Source of the DNA: Candidatus Latescibacterota bacterium | GTDB lineage: Bacteria > Latescibacterota > UBA2968 > UBA8231 | Direction of reading: 5' to 3' | Assembly: GCA_965208105.1 (NCBI GenBank) | Contig: OZ242318.1 | Span: 3,136,001 to 3,200,000, forward strand | DNA length: 64,000 bases | Shown here: in pieces, positions 52,406 through 62,832 of the stretch | Position numbering within the stretch: position 1 is the stretch's first letter | Layout: each line of letters opens with the position of its first letter | Notes under the pieces: model-generated | Databases searched by the model: none | Told to the model about the DNA's origin: nothing | Seen by the model: only the letters and a program-made list of their open reading frames with translations | Position numbers and translations under genes: made by a program

Positions 52406-52600
52406 ATGGATGGGCAACTTGAAATTCTCAGGATTAAAGACGTCCTGGCCATGGTTGGCTTCTCCCGGTCTACCCTGTTGAGGAGGGAAAAATCGGGAGA
52501 TTTTCCGCACTCGGTTCGACTGGGACCTCCAGGATCTCGTGCCGTCGGATGGCACCGTAAGGACGTGGAGGATTGGCTTCGCAACCGGCCTGGGTCATAA
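52406..52600 (+). CDS. alpA: AlpA-family regulator/excisionase, convergent with the integrase
   Basis: ILRIKDVLAMVGFSRSTLLRREKSGDFPHSVRLG...AVGW; AAGGAG RBS. Confidence 0.9.
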   Translation: MDGQLEILRIKDVLAMVGFSRSTLLRREKSGDFPHSVRLGPPGSRAVGWHRKDVEDWLRNRPGS

Positions 52601-52684
52601 CCATTCTCCATTGGGTAGGCTCACTCAGGAAGGCAGCGCTCCGGGTTTCCAAAAGCTGGCAACGGCATTTGTACTGGGTCCTGA

Positions 52685-53845
52685 CTATCCGAAGGAGGAA
52701 GTCGCGTGGGCGCCCCATTTTGACAATAGCTCTCGGCGTTTGGCGAGCAGATCTGACCTCGCGTAGGCTTGCTCCACGGCCGATCCGACCGAGTGGGCGA
52801 GGGACAATTCCATGACGGCGTGATCGGCGTCGGTCTGCTCGCTCGCCCAAACCCTGAAGGTGCTGCGGAGACCGTGGACCGTAGTCCGTTCGGAGAGCCC
52901 GTTGTCCCTCAGGACCTTGGTCAGCGCCATGTCACTCAACTCCTTGCCTCGCCTCGATGGTGATGGGAAGATCAGCCCGCTTCCGTCGTCGAGTTTCCGA
53001 GCCAGATTGAGGACGACCAAAGCTGGAGAGGACAGCGGAACGCGGTGCTCGGCACCGTTCTTCATTCGCCTGGCAGGGATGCGCCATTCCTGGGCATCGG
53101 AGTCGATCTCGTCCCACTTGGCGCCCCGAGCCTCACCACTCCTCGCTGCCGTTAATACCAGGAATTTGAAACACAGTTTCACCGATGGAGATGCCTCGGA
53201 TCCTTCAACGATGCCTAACGCTTCGTTGACTTCATGGTAGGGTAAAGCCCGAAGGTGTTGACTGATAGGCCTCATCGAAGGCAGAGCACCATCAATGGCC
53301 TCCCCGGCCATGTTGTGCTCAATATACCCGTGCGCCTGACACCAGCGCAGGGTGGCCTTGATGCATCTCCGCACGCGTCGCGCCGTCTCTGGCTTGATCG
53401 TCCAAATCGGGGTCAAGACGGCCAGCACGTCATCGCGTCTTATCTGGTCCACCTGCAGACCACCGAGGCGCTTGAACGCATGACGCTCCAACTGCTGCAT
53501 CCAGTTCGAGGCGACCTTAGCATTGCGCCAGCGCGGCCTGTTGGCTTCGAAGGTCGCCTGGGCAGCTTGCCGGAAGGTCGGCGTTCGGGCTCTCCGCTTT
53601 TCGGCGAGCGGATCCCCTCCGGAGCGCGCAAGCCTGCGATTTCCGAAGGCCTTGTCCCGGGCTTCCCTCAGACTGACGAGGGGATAAGCTCCCAAACCCA
53701 TGTCCCGGCGACGCCCTTTGATGGTCAGGCGCTGAATCCAGGACTTCGATCCCCCCGGAGCGACGTACAGGAACAGAGTCCCGCCATCGCCGTAGCGACC
53801 TGGCTTCAGGAGCGATTTTACCTTTGCTGCTGTAAGCTTTCCCAT
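52685..53845 (-). CDS. P4-type tyrosine integrase with arm-binding domain
   Basis: GRYGDGGTLFL...GLGAYPLVSLREAR, TAARSGE, HGLRSTFR, LAH, AYARS. Confidence 0.95.
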   Translation of the reverse strand: MGKLTAAKVKSLLKPGRYGDGGTLFLYVAPGGSKSWIQRLTIKGRRRDMGLGAYPLVSLREARDKAFGNRRLARSGGDPLAEKRRARTPTFRQAAQATFEANRPRWRNAKVASNWMQQLERHAFKRLGGLQVDQIRRDDVLAVLTPIWTIKPETARRVRRCIKATLRWCQAHGYIEHNMAGEAIDGALPSMRPISQHLRALPYHEVNEALGIVEGSEASPSVKLCFKFLVLTAARSGEARGAKWDEIDSDAQEWRIPARRMKNGAEHRVPLSSPALVVLNLARKLDDGSGLIFPSPSRRGKELSDMALTKVLRDNGLSERTTVHGLRSTFRVWASEQTDADHAVMELSLAHSVGSAVEQAYARSDLLAKRRELLSKWGAHATSSFG

Positions 53846-53990
53846 GAGAATTTCCCACGTTTATTCCCACTAATTATATGGAATATAGGGAAATCCTATG
53901 GAATGGTCAAGGACAAAGTGGAATGATGGAACTTATTCTCTTCCAATTTGTTATAGAATATTATGGAACAGAGAGGAACTAAGAGGAACA
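53839..53990. repeat. att-arm region: TTCCCA direct repeats and ~10-bp-phased GGAA repeats
   Basis: TTCCCA at 53839, 53852, 53864; GGAA at 53880, 53889, 53900, 53920, 53928, 53965, 53975, 53985. Confidence 0.55.
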
Positions 53991-53997
53991 AGAAAAA

Positions 53998-54084
53998 TGG
54001 TGCCGAAGGTGGGACTCGAACCCACACGGAGTTGCCCCCACTGGATTTTGAATCCAGCGCGTCTACCAATTTCGCCACTTCGGC
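53998..54084 (-). tRNA. trnL: tRNA-Leu (CAA)
   Basis: GCCGAAG acceptor stem, anticodon arm CTGGA-TTCAAAA-TCCAG, long variable arm, GGTTCGAGTCC, encoded CCA. Confidence 0.97.
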
Positions 54085-54138
54085 CCGAGGTTTGATCTGG
54101 GGAATCACAAAGTAGGACTGGCGACTCAGCCTGTAAAG

Positions 54139-54624
54139 TCAAACCCCTTCGCGGCGCTCGGATTTTGGCCGGCCCAGAATCTCCGCGTAAATCACCGCCA
54201 GCCGCGCGCTTTCTGGATCGAGCTTCAACGGAATCCCGGCTGTCGGCAGAGATGCTTCCTTGCGCTGCATGGCCTCCTGGACGGCTTCCCTTGCTCTGCG
54301 CCGGGGTTGCGCCTCCTCGGACAGTCGTTCCATCTCCCTTGCCCGCTTTTCCATCTCCTGCGCCCGCTGCTCGGCGGCGAGAGCCTGACGCTCCAGCTCC
54401 TCTTCGTCCACCATTGCAAGAGGAGACGGCCGGGGGACCTGTTCAAAGGGATCGTCCATGGGAAAGGAGGGCCAGTCTTCCTCCTCCTCTGGTTCAATCT
54501 CTGCAGACTCGCGCTCCCGCGCCCTCCTCTCGGCCTGCTCCCGGGCGAGCCTGCGCTTGCGTCGCTCCAGCAGGGCTGAAACGATACTGAAGAGCACGAA
54601 CAGGATAATTAGAAGATGTTCCAT
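54139..54624 (-). CDS. Membrane-anchored hypothetical protein (YqfB-like position downstream of floA)
   Basis: N-terminal TM helix; C-terminal AVIYAEILGRP motif. Confidence 0.75.
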   Translation of the reverse strand: MEHLLIILFVLFSIVSALLERRKRRLAREQAERRARERESAEIEPEEEEDWPSFPMDDPFEQVPRPSPLAMVDEEELERQALAAEQRAQEMEKRAREMERLSEEAQPRRRAREAVQEAMQRKEASLPTAGIPLKLDPESARLAVIYAEILGRPKSERREGV

Positions 54625-54646
54625 CTTGGTCAGCTTCCGAGAAAGG

Positions 54647-55633
54647 TTATGGTCCGGGGTGGTTGTCGCCTTTGCCCGATTCGGAGATGGATGTCCTCAT
54701 CTCGGTGTCCGCCTGAATATTGCGCAGCCGGTAGTAGTCCATGATTCCCAGATGGCCACTGCCGAAAGCCTCGGCGATGGCCCGCGGCACCTCGGCCTCG
54801 GCCTCTTTGACCCGGGCGCTCATCTCCTCCACCAGGGCCGTCATCTCCTGCTCCCGCGCCTGGGCCATCGCCCGGCGCTCCTCCGCCTTGGCCTGGGCGA
54901 TCTTCAGGTCCGCCTCCGCCTGGTCGGTCTGCAGCTTGGCCCCGATATTCTCCCCCACGTCCACGTCCGCTATGTCGATCGACAAAATCTCGAAGGCCGT
55001 GCCCGCGTCCAGGCCCTTCTCTAGCACCGTCTTCGAGATGCTGTCGGGGTTCTCCAGGACGGCCTTGTGGGTGCCGGCCGAGCCGATGGTGGTCACGATG
55101 CCTTCCCCGACGCGGGCGATGATGGTCTCCTCGCCGGCGCCTCCCACCAGGCGGTCGATGTTGGCGCGCACCGTCACCCGGCTGGTGGCCTTGACCTGGA
55201 TGCCGTCCTTGGCCACGGCGGCGATCAGGGGGGTGTTGATCACCTTGGGGTTGACGCTGACCTTGACGGCTTCGAGCACGTCGCGGCCGGCCAGGTCGAT
55301 GGCGGTAGCGCGCTCGAAGCTCAAATCGATGTTGGCCTTGTCGGCGGAGATGAGGGCGAGGATGACCGCCTCGACGTTGCCGCCGGCGAGGAAGTGGGCC
55401 TCCATGCGGTCGAGGTCGACGGTGAGGCCGGCCTTGGTGGCGCTGATCTTGGGCCGGACGATGGACGCCGGGGGCACTTTGCGCAGGCGCATGCCGACCA
55501 GGTCCTTGAAGATGTTCACGCGCACGCCGGCGAAGAAGGCGGTGATCCACAGGCCGATGGGGACGAAGTAGGTGAACAGGGCCAGAAAGAGGATGATCCC
55601 CAATAGGATCAGCAATAGAAAGGTGATGGACAT
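54647..55633 (-). CDS. floA: Flotillin-like protein FloA (YqfA)
   Basis: [53 protein letters not shown]. Confidence 0.95.
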   Translation of the reverse strand: MSITFLLLILLGIILFLALFTYFVPIGLWITAFFAGVRVNIFKDLVGMRLRKVPPASIVRPKISATKAGLTVDLDRMEAHFLAGGNVEAVILALISADKANIDLSFERATAIDLAGRDVLEAVKVSVNPKVINTPLIAAVAKDGIQVKATSRVTVRANIDRLVGGAGEETIIARVGEGIVTTIGSAGTHKAVLENPDSISKTVLEKGLDAGTAFEILSIDIADVDVGENIGAKLQTDQAEADLKIAQAKAEERRAMAQAREQEMTALVEEMSARVKEAEAEVPRAIAEAFGSGHLGIMDYYRLRNIQADTEMRTSISESGKGDNHPGP

Positions 55634-55830
55634 GGTCCCCTCCTTATAGAATGACTGAATCTGTGCCGCGGCCAGAAAGAAACTGGTTGCGGGCGGCTAT
55701 TCACCAGTGGGTGTATCTGCCCTGGGGCCCGGCCTTGGAAATTGGCTGCACCAGGGTGTCCTGCGAACCAGGATCTCCGCCGCCGGAATGCCAATCCGCC
55801 CGGTTCAGGCAAGCGGATCCGGCAAAACCC

Positions 55831-56346
55831 TCATTGAGTATCTGCAGCCCCGATTTTTTGAACTACCACCCTGTTCCCTTCCACCGTCAACACTTCGACC
55901 GCATCGCCCGTGGAAACAAAATCGCCTTCGGTGACCACGTCGACAATGCGGTCGCCGAACTGTGCCCGGCCGCTCGGCCGCAGCGCCGTCAGCGTTTCCC
56001 CGCTCAGTCCCACCAGGGTGGACAGGTCGGGGCGCGAAGAGTCGTACCCCAGTTCGCGGCTGGTTTCGCTTTCCAGCACCATCCGCTGCCACGCCCGCGC
56101 CCGGATCAGCAACCGCACCAGGAAAACCGTGCCCAGCAGGGCCAGGGCGGCCACGGCAACTGCAGGTCCCAGGCCCAATTTGACATAGGCGTAGCCAACT
56201 CCGGCGCACATGGTCAGAAAGCCGAAGATGCCGAAGATGTTGAAGCCCGGTATGACGAAGATTTCCAGGAGAATCAGGCAGAAGCCCAGAACGAGCAGAG
56301 TGAAGGCGAAGATCCAGGGCAGGAATTCAAGATCTGCCAGGTTCAA
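55831..56346 (-). CDS. Short NfeD-family protein
   Basis: LEIFVIPGF TM segment and C-terminal OB fold (T.LRPSG...DVVTEG). Confidence 0.9.
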   Translation of the reverse strand: MNLADLEFLPWIFAFTLLVLGFCLILLEIFVIPGFNIFGIFGFLTMCAGVGYAYVKLGLGPAVAVAALALLGTVFLVRLLIRARAWQRMVLESETSRELGYDSSRPDLSTLVGLSGETLTALRPSGRAQFGDRIVDVVTEGDFVSTGDAVEVLTVEGNRVVVQKIGAADTQ

Positions 56347-57695
56347 AGCGGCCTCACAACCACCCGGTTTCCCCGGGCTTCGATAATCTTCACCGGGCGT
56401 TGTTGCTCAATGAACTCTCCTTCGGCAATGATGTTCAGGCGCCGGCCGTCGAACACCCCGACTCCAACCGGGCGCAAATCGGTAAGGGTCACTCCCTCCT
56501 GATCGATCAGAAATTCGTCGCTTTGGGTGGGGGCGGAGACATATCCCTCCGAAGCCCTGGTCTCGCTTTTCAGAATTAGACGGTTGAAGGCGGCGAATCT
56601 GGGTAGAGCGCGCAGAAGCGCCAGTGACAAAACCACCGCGCCGATTGCAGACAGGGCCAACCGCACTACTACCGAGGATATCTCCTCTATGCTCCAGAAC
56701 TCAAAGTCGCCCAATTGGGTCAGCACCAGGCTGGCGGCCATTATCACGATGCCGGCCAATCCCACCACCCCGAACCCGGGTATGGCGACGATCTCCACCA
56801 CGAGCAAACCGGCTCCAAGGGCAAAGAGCAGCAATTCCTCCCACTCTGCGAGCCGCACGATCAGGTGGCTGCCGAAGAACAGGGCAAGGGCCAGCAGGGC
56901 GAGGGTCCCTCCCAGGCCCCATCCCGGGGTGCGGACCTCGGCAATCAATCCGAACATGGCGACGGCGAGAAGCAGTGAGGTGATGATGGGGTGGGTCACC
57001 AGGCGCACCACCCGTTCGGCCCAGTTGAGTTCGATTTCTACGATTTCCGCATCGGTGAGGTCATATATACGCAGCACCTCGAAGAGGGTGTTGGCGGTCT
57101 CGTCCGCAACCTGGTAGTGAAGTGCCTGCTCCGTGGTCAATGTTGCCGGCCGCCCGGCCTCGGCGCTCAATCCCGGGATGTCGACGCGTTCGTCGACCAT
57201 GGCCTCGGCGATTTTGGGATCGCGGCCGGTGCGCTCGGCGGTGGAGCGCATCTCAGCGCGCATGACCGAAACTACCTTGTCGCTGGCCTTGTCACCGCTG
57301 CCGCCCTCCACGGGCGTGACGGCTCCGATGGTGGCGCCGCTGGTCATTACGATCTGGTCGCAGGCAAGTGAAATAAGCGCGCCCGCGGAGATGGCCCGCT
57401 TGTTGATGAAGGCGATTGTCAGAAGGTCGGTGTCGACGATGATATCCCGGATCAGGGTGGCCGCGTCCACCCGGCCCCCGAAGGTGTCTATGTCAAAGAC
57501 GATTGCGTCGGCTTCGGAGGTCTCGGCTTCCTGAATCACCCGTTCGAAGAAGGCGGAAATTCCCGGATCGATCATCCCGGCTTGAGTGTCGATGGTGTGC
57601 ACTTTCACGTGGTACACCGTCTTCGACTGCCCGATTGCAGGAGACAGTAACAAGGCGAATAGCCAGGCAGTATATCTCACTCGAAAAGACCTCAT
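56343..57695 (-). CDS. nfeD: Long NfeD (YqeZ-like) membrane-bound serine protease
   Basis: IDTFGGRVDAA, AISAGALISLA, TM region, C-terminal TDLRPVG OB fold. Confidence 0.9.
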   Translation of the reverse strand: MRSFRVRYTAWLFALLLSPAIGQSKTVYHVKVHTIDTQAGMIDPGISAFFERVIQEAETSEADAIVFDIDTFGGRVDAATLIRDIIVDTDLLTIAFINKRAISAGALISLACDQIVMTSGATIGAVTPVEGGSGDKASDKVVSVMRAEMRSTAERTGRDPKIAEAMVDERVDIPGLSAEAGRPATLTTEQALHYQVADETANTLFEVLRIYDLTDAEIVEIELNWAERVVRLVTHPIITSLLLAVAMFGLIAEVRTPGWGLGGTLALLALALFFGSHLIVRLAEWEELLLFALGAGLLVVEIVAIPGFGVVGLAGIVIMAASLVLTQLGDFEFWSIEEISSVVVRLALSAIGAVVLSLALLRALPRFAAFNRLILKSETRASEGYVSAPTQSDEFLIDQEGVTLTDLRPVGVGVFDGRRLNIIAEGEFIEQQRPVKIIEARGNRVVVRPL

Positions 57696-57937
57696 GGCAT
57701 GGGACGGCTGCAGATGATTCTATTCACCCGGAGGGGTTGTCGCCAACTCGATAAAACCTACTTCAAACCGATGGTCGTTGTCAATGTCGATTTGACTCCT
57801 GAACCATTCGATGGAGGATATGGGTGAAGTGGCCGGCCGTATCGCCGGGATCGGGATGAATTTGCCAATCCGATGCAGGGATCCTTAGATTTTCATCTTC
57901 TCATCTGTCTATTGGGTCAATACATAAGTGCCTGTAA

Positions 57938-60900
57938 ATGTTAACCAAGGATTCTAAATCCACAGCCTCCGCAGCAGCCGTTGAGGCCCTCCTGCCGAAG
58001 TGCATGCTGGAAGATCGCGTCCGCTTCGAAAGGCGCCTGGAGACCCTGCGGCGCCGTCCCCGTCCCAGGGAACTGCGACGGCTACTCGATGGGGCCGCCC
58101 GTTCCGCGGAATTGCTCGGGAAGCGCCGCCGCAACCTTCCCGGCACAAACTACCCGGAGGAACTTCCCCTCACCGCCCGGAAGGACGATATCCTGCAGTC
58201 CATCAAGGACCACCCGGTGGTTATCGTCGCCGGCGAGACCGGCTCGGGCAAGACTACCCAGCTGCCCAAGATCTGTCTGGAGGCCGGATGTGGACTGGCG
58301 GCCAAGATCGCCTGCACCCAGCCGCGGCGGGTGGCGGCTCTTTCCATCTCCAGGCGCATCGCCGCCGAACTGAATGTCCACTGGGGGAAGGAGGTGGGAT
58401 GCAAGATCCGCTTCCAGGACGAAACCTCCCCCCAGACCTACATAAAAATGTTGACCGACGGCATGCTCCTGGCAGAAATCCAGAACGACCCCGAGCTTTG
58501 GGAGTACGACGCCGTCATTGTGGACGAGGCCCACGAGCGCAGCCTGAATATCGATTTTCTTCTGGGTTACCTGCGCCTGTTGAGACGGCGGCGCCCCGAC
58601 CTCAAAATCGTCATCACCTCGGCCACCATCGATACCGCCGGAATCTCCAGGGCCTTCGACGGCGCCCCGGTCATCGAGGTCACCGGACGCATGTTCCCGG
58701 TCGAGGTCCGCTACCAGCCCCTCGATCAACTGCTGGAAGAAAGCGGGGATTGCACCTACATCGACGCGGCAATCAGCGCCGTGGAGCAGATTCTGGAGGA
58801 ATCGCCCCGGGGCGATCTCCTGGTCTTCATGCCCAGCGAGCGCGATATCCGCGAAACCAGGGAGCGCCTGGAGGGGCGGCAAGGCCGCCAGGTCGAAGTC
58901 CTGCCTCTCTTCGGGAGGCTCACCGCCGCCGAGCAGCAGCGCATCTTCGCGCCCAGGGGAAGGCGCCGGATAGTGGTGGCCACGAATATCGCCGAAACTT
59001 CCCTTACTGTTCCCGGAATCCGCTACGTAATCGACGTGGGGCTGGCGCGGATCAGCCGCTACAATCCGCGCACGCAGACCCAGCGTTTGCCCATCGAGGC
59101 GATCTCGCAGAGCAGCGCGGAGCAACGCAAGGGGCGCTGCGGTCGTCTGTCCGGCGGGGTCTGCATACGCCTGTACGACGAGGCCGATTTTCTCGCCCGG
59201 CCACGGTTCACCCAGCCCGAGATCCAGCGCGCAAATCTGGCCGAGGTGATTTTGCGCATGACGGCCCTGAAGTTGGGCGAAATCGAGACCTTTCCCTTCA
59301 TTGATCCTCCCCAGCCTCGAGCCATCCGGGGTGGGCTTATTCTCCTCGAGGAACTGGGAGCTCTCGACGCTGACCGCCGGCTCACCCCCATGGGCCGCGA
59401 CATGGCCCGCCTTCCCATCTCTCCCACCGTGGCGCGCATGATTCTCCAGGCCCGCGGGGAAGGGGGGTTGCGCCAGGTCCTCGCCATTGCCGCTGCCATC
59501 AGCATTCGGGACCCCCGCGAGCGGCCCCAGGAAAAGCAGGCCCAGGCCGACCAGATGCACAGGCAATTCCTCCATCCTCAATCTGATTTCCTGACTCTTC
59601 TGAACATCTGGGAGGCATACCACGACAAGATGGAACGCTTTTCCCAGAACCAGCTGCGGCGGTTCTGCAAAAGCCACTTTCTCTCCTACGCGCGCATGCG
59701 CGAGTGGCGCGATATCCATGCCCAACTCGCCAATGCCATGGGAGAAACGGGTGGGCCCGGCAGGATGCGGGAAAGGGAGGACTACGACGCCATCCACCGA
59801 TCGGTCCTCAGCGGCCTCCTCAGCAATGTCGCCTGCAAGAAGGAGCACAATACCTATCGGGCGGCGCGCGGCCGCGAAGTGATGATCTTTCCCGGCTCGG
59901 GGCTCTTTCAAAAACGCCCCTCGAGGAAAAACGGCGCCCCAGTCCCCGGGAACCGGAAAGGCCAGGCGCCCGACTGGATCGTCGCGGCGGAGATGGTAGA
60001 GACTTCGCGCCTGTATGCGCGCACCGCCGCCAGCATCCGGCCTGATTGGCTGGCCGAGGTGGGCGGACATCTGTGCCGTTCCTCCTGCAAGGAACCATAC
60101 TGGAATGCGCGCTCAGGCCGGGTGCTGGTGCAGGAGACGCTGACTCTCTACGGTCTTCAGGTCCTCAGCCGCCCAATTCCCTACAAGCGCATCGATCCGC
60201 GGGAGGCCGCAGCGATCTTCATTCGCGAGGCACTTCTCACCGGAGACATCCGTGCGCAGTATCCTTTTTTGAGGCACAACTTGAAGCTGTGTCACAAAAT
60301 CGAGATTTGGCAGACCCGCAGGCGCCGGAGGGAAGATCTCGATGCCCGGGAGGCGGCTTTTCAATTCTACGCAAGAAGGCTCCAGGAGGTTTCATCGCTG
60401 CACGATCTGAACCGCCTGGTGCGCGCCAACCGCGGGGAGAATCCCCGCTTCCTGTTCATGGAAGAGGCCGATCTCCTCGGAGGCGATACTTCGTTCGACC
60501 GCGGTGCCTTTCCCGACAGCATGGACATCGACGGGCACGAGCTGGATATATCCTACGCCAACCGACCGGGGAGCGAAGAGGACGGCATCACCTTGAAGCT
60601 GCCCGGCAAGCTCGTCGACGCCGTCGACCCCCAGGTCCTGGAGTGGTTGATTCCGGGTATGGTCGAAGAGAAGGTCGCCTTCCTGTTGCGCTCCCTGCCC
60701 AAATCCATTCGCAGGAAGCTGCTGCCCATACCCCGGAAAGCTGCTGAAATAGCCGCCGGACTCAGGCCCACCCACCCTTCTTTCCTGGAGTCTCTCGAGG
60801 ATTTCATCTCGAAGCACTACCGCCTGGAGATCCGCCGTTCAGACTGGGATTCGGAGAGCATGCCGGACCATCTGCGCATGCGCATTCAGGTTCAGGGCGC

Positions 60901-61867
60901 CAGCGGCAAGCCGGTAGTAGCGGGCCGCGATTTGCCTCTGTTGGTCCAGCGTCTCAGGCGCCACGACACCCCGGTGGAACTGAAGGCCTGGGACCGTGCC
61001 CGGGCAGGGTGGGAACGAGATGGGCTGAAAACCTGGGATTTCGACGATTTGCCTGAACGGCTGGAAATCAGCCGGGTTTCCGGCATCCCGCTCTACGGCT
61101 ACCCGGGTCTCGAGGATGAAGCAGAGAGCGTGCGCCTGCGCCTGTTCAAAAGTAGAGAAGAAGCCGAAGCCGCCAGCAGGAAGGGTCTCTGCCGGCTGTA
61201 CAGATTGGAACTGGGCGAGGAAATGGAACTACTGCGGCGGCAACTCGGTGGATTGAGCCGCTTCAAGGAGCTGTACCGGTCCATGGGGACGGAGCAGGAG
61301 CTGCGCGGCCTTGCCATGCTGCACCTGCAGCGTCATCTCTTCGAGCGCGAGCAACCGCATCCCCTCACCAGGGCGGCCTTCGAGGCTGGTCTGCAAAGGG
61401 CCAGGGCAGAACTGAAAAAGGACCCTGCCGGGCGCTTGATGGCCATGTTGCATACTCTGCTGCAAACTCGACGGAAGATCCTTCGCTGTCCCTACCCCTA
61501 CCCGGAGATGGACGGGGATCTCGAGCGCCTGATGCCAGGAGATTTTCTGCTGAGGATCCCCCTGGTCCGCCTCGGCCACCTGTGCCGCTATCTCGAGGCC
61601 GTGCTGGTGCGTGCCGAGCGCGCCCACCTCGACCCCCGCAAGGATGCGCTGAGATGGGACCAGGTGCGGCCATACCAGTGGGCTCTCGACAAATTGCTGG
61701 GGGAAGATCCGCCGCCCCCGGCCCCTAGGCGCGGGCAGATTCAGCAATTGCGCTGGATGCTGGAGGAGTTCAGGGTCTCGGTTTTTGCCCAGGAGCTGGG
61801 GACCGACCACCCCGTTTCCTCCAAGCGCCTGGACAGGAAGCTCGATGAGATCGAAAGCAGGGAATGA
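57938..61867 (+). CDS. hrpA: ATP-dependent RNA helicase HrpA
   Basis: GETGSGKTTQLPK, DEAHERS, SAT, QRKGRCGR; C-terminal RWMLEEFRVSVFAQELGT. Confidence 0.95.
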   Translation: MLTKDSKSTASAAAVEALLPKCMLEDRVRFERRLETLRRRPRPRELRRLLDGAARSAELLGKRRRNLPGTNYPEELPLTARKDDILQSIKDHPVVIVAGETGSGKTTQLPKICLEAGCGLAAKIACTQPRRVAALSISRRIAAELNVHWGKEVGCKIRFQDETSPQTYIKMLTDGMLLAEIQNDPELWEYDAVIVDEAHERSLNIDFLLGYLRLLRRRRPDLKIVITSATIDTAGISRAFDGAPVIEVTGRMFPVEVRYQPLDQLLEESGDCTYIDAAISAVEQILEESPRGDLLVFMPSERDIRETRERLEGRQGRQVEVLPLFGRLTAAEQQRIFAPRGRRRIVVATNIAETSLTVPGIRYVIDVGLARISRYNPRTQTQRLPIEAISQSSAEQRKGRCGRLSGGVCIRLYDEADFLARPRFTQPEIQRANLAEVILRMTALKLGEIETFPFIDPPQPRAIRGGLILLEELGALDADRRLTPMGRDMARLPISPTVARMILQARGEGGLRQVLAIAAAISIRDPRERPQEKQAQADQMHRQFLHPQSDFLTLLNIWEAYHDKMERFSQNQLRRFCKSHFLSYARMREWRDIHAQLANAMGETGGPGRMREREDYDAIHRSVLSGLLSNVACKKEHNTYRAARGREVMIFPGSGLFQKRPSRKNGAPVPGNRKGQAPDWIVAAEMVETSRLYARTAASIRPDWLAEVGGHLCRSSCKEPYWNARSGRVLVQETLTLYGLQVLSRPIPYKRIDPREAAAIFIREALLTGDIRAQYPFLRHNLKLCHKIEIWQTRRRRREDLDAREAAFQFYARRLQEVSSLHDLNRLVRANRGENPRFLFMEEADLLGGDTSFDRGAFPDSMDIDGHELDISYANRPGSEEDGITLKLPGKLVDAVDPQVLEWLIPGMVEEKVAFLLRSLPKSIRRKLLPIPRKAAEIAAGLRPTHPSFLESLEDFISKHYRLEIRRSDWDSESMPDHLRMRIQVQGASGKPVVAGRDLPLLVQRLRRHDTPVELKAWDRARAGWERDGLKTWDFDDLPERLEISRVSGIPLYGYPGLEDEAESVRLRLFKSREEAEAASRKGLCRLYRLELGEEMELLRRQLGGLSRFKELYRSMGTEQELRGLAMLHLQRHLFEREQPHPLTRAAFEAGLQRARAELKKDPAGRLMAMLHTLLQTRRKILRCPYPYPEMDGDLERLMPGDFLLRIPLVRLGHLCRYLEAVLVRAERAHLDPRKDALRWDQVRPYQWALDKLLGEDPPPPAPRRGQIQQLRWMLEEFRVSVFAQELGTDHPVSSKRLDRKLDEIESRE

Positions 61868-61996
61868 TCAGGGATTCTGCATTCGAATCAGGAGACCCCG
61901 TGGTGCCCGTGGAGGAGTACGGGGTTGCCGCAGATCCCGGGACAGTCGCGTTGGTGGCCGCTTAGCGCCGGGATTACCCGGGGTGGTTCGCTGGAT

Positions 61997-62815
61997 TCAA
62001 AGGTGGGATTTCATCCACTGATAACACTTCTCGTAGCCGGTCCCCTCGGCGTTTTCCGCTCCTTCGTATTCCGCCGTCCACACCCCGTCGTATCCCTCAT
62101 CCCGCAAGCACCTGACCGCGCGGTCCAGGTGAATCTCACCTTCGCCGAGGGCGGCCCCGACGTAGTTTCCGCGGGCTCCGCGCCCATCCTTCAGGTGGGT
62201 ATGGAAGACGTGCGGGGCCAGGATTTCGAAAAAGTGGTCGATGCGATCCAGGTCGTGGCCGTACCAGCGGTAGTTCATGGTATCCAGGTTCACTCCCAGG
62301 CGCCGGGAGCCAACTCTTTCGATCAGGCTCAGTTGCCACTCCCCGTCATTGGTCGACAGCCCATGGTTGTCGAGGGCGATGCGCACCTCCAGCTTCTCCG
62401 AGATTTCGGCACAGCGCTTGAAGGCCTCCAGCAGCATGGCGTCCCAACGCTCCCGCGGCACGTCGTCGTTGCGGTTCCAGCCGCCGTCGGTGCGAACGAT
62501 ATCGGTGCCCGTGTGGGGGACGATCCGGCAAACATAGCGGTAGCGCTCGATCTGGGCTTGCAGGTCCTCCGGGTCGGCCTGCAGGAAATCGTTGCCTGCC
62601 GCCACCGCCGCCACCTGCACGCCGTATTTGTCAAGGAGAAGCCTGGTGTTCACGGCCCCCTCCTCTCCATTCCGGGACTCCCCGTCCCAGATGTCGCCGA
62701 TTTGCAGCTCGCAGTAGCGATAGCCTATCTCGCTGGCGCGGGCGGCAAAGCCCTCCAGGTCGTATCCGGGCCAGTTGTAGTGGGTGGCGCCGATCTTGGG
62801 ACCAGGCATGGCCAT
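61997..62815 (-). CDS. Sugar phosphate isomerase/epimerase (xylose isomerase-like TIM barrel)
   Basis: ALDNHG, NLDTMN, HTHLKD, LGEGEI, AEYE. Confidence 0.85.
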   Translation of the reverse strand: MAMPGPKIGATHYNWPGYDLEGFAARASEIGYRYCELQIGDIWDGESRNGEEGAVNTRLLLDKYGVQVAAVAAGNDFLQADPEDLQAQIERYRYVCRIVPHTGTDIVRTDGGWNRNDDVPRERWDAMLLEAFKRCAEISEKLEVRIALDNHGLSTNDGEWQLSLIERVGSRRLGVNLDTMNYRWYGHDLDRIDHFFEILAPHVFHTHLKDGRGARGNYVGAALGEGEIHLDRAVRCLRDEGYDGVWTAEYEGAENAEGTGYEKCYQWMKSHL

Positions 62816-62832
62816 TTCTGGAGCCGCGCGCC

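Larger units (their letters stand above)
1..53997. mobile_element. Genomic island / decayed integrative element at tRNA-Leu (far boundary outside the window)
   Basis: Integrase at the tRNA 3' end; dense IS, pseudogene and defence content versus housekeeping genes beyond the tRNA. Confidence 0.75.

Noticed and set aside
1-53900. Second att site (duplicate of the tRNA-Leu 3' end, TGGTGCCGAAGGTGGGACTCGAA)
   Set aside because: By eye only short chance matches were found (e.g. GGTGCCGAAG near 51590); the boundary is probably left of the window or eroded
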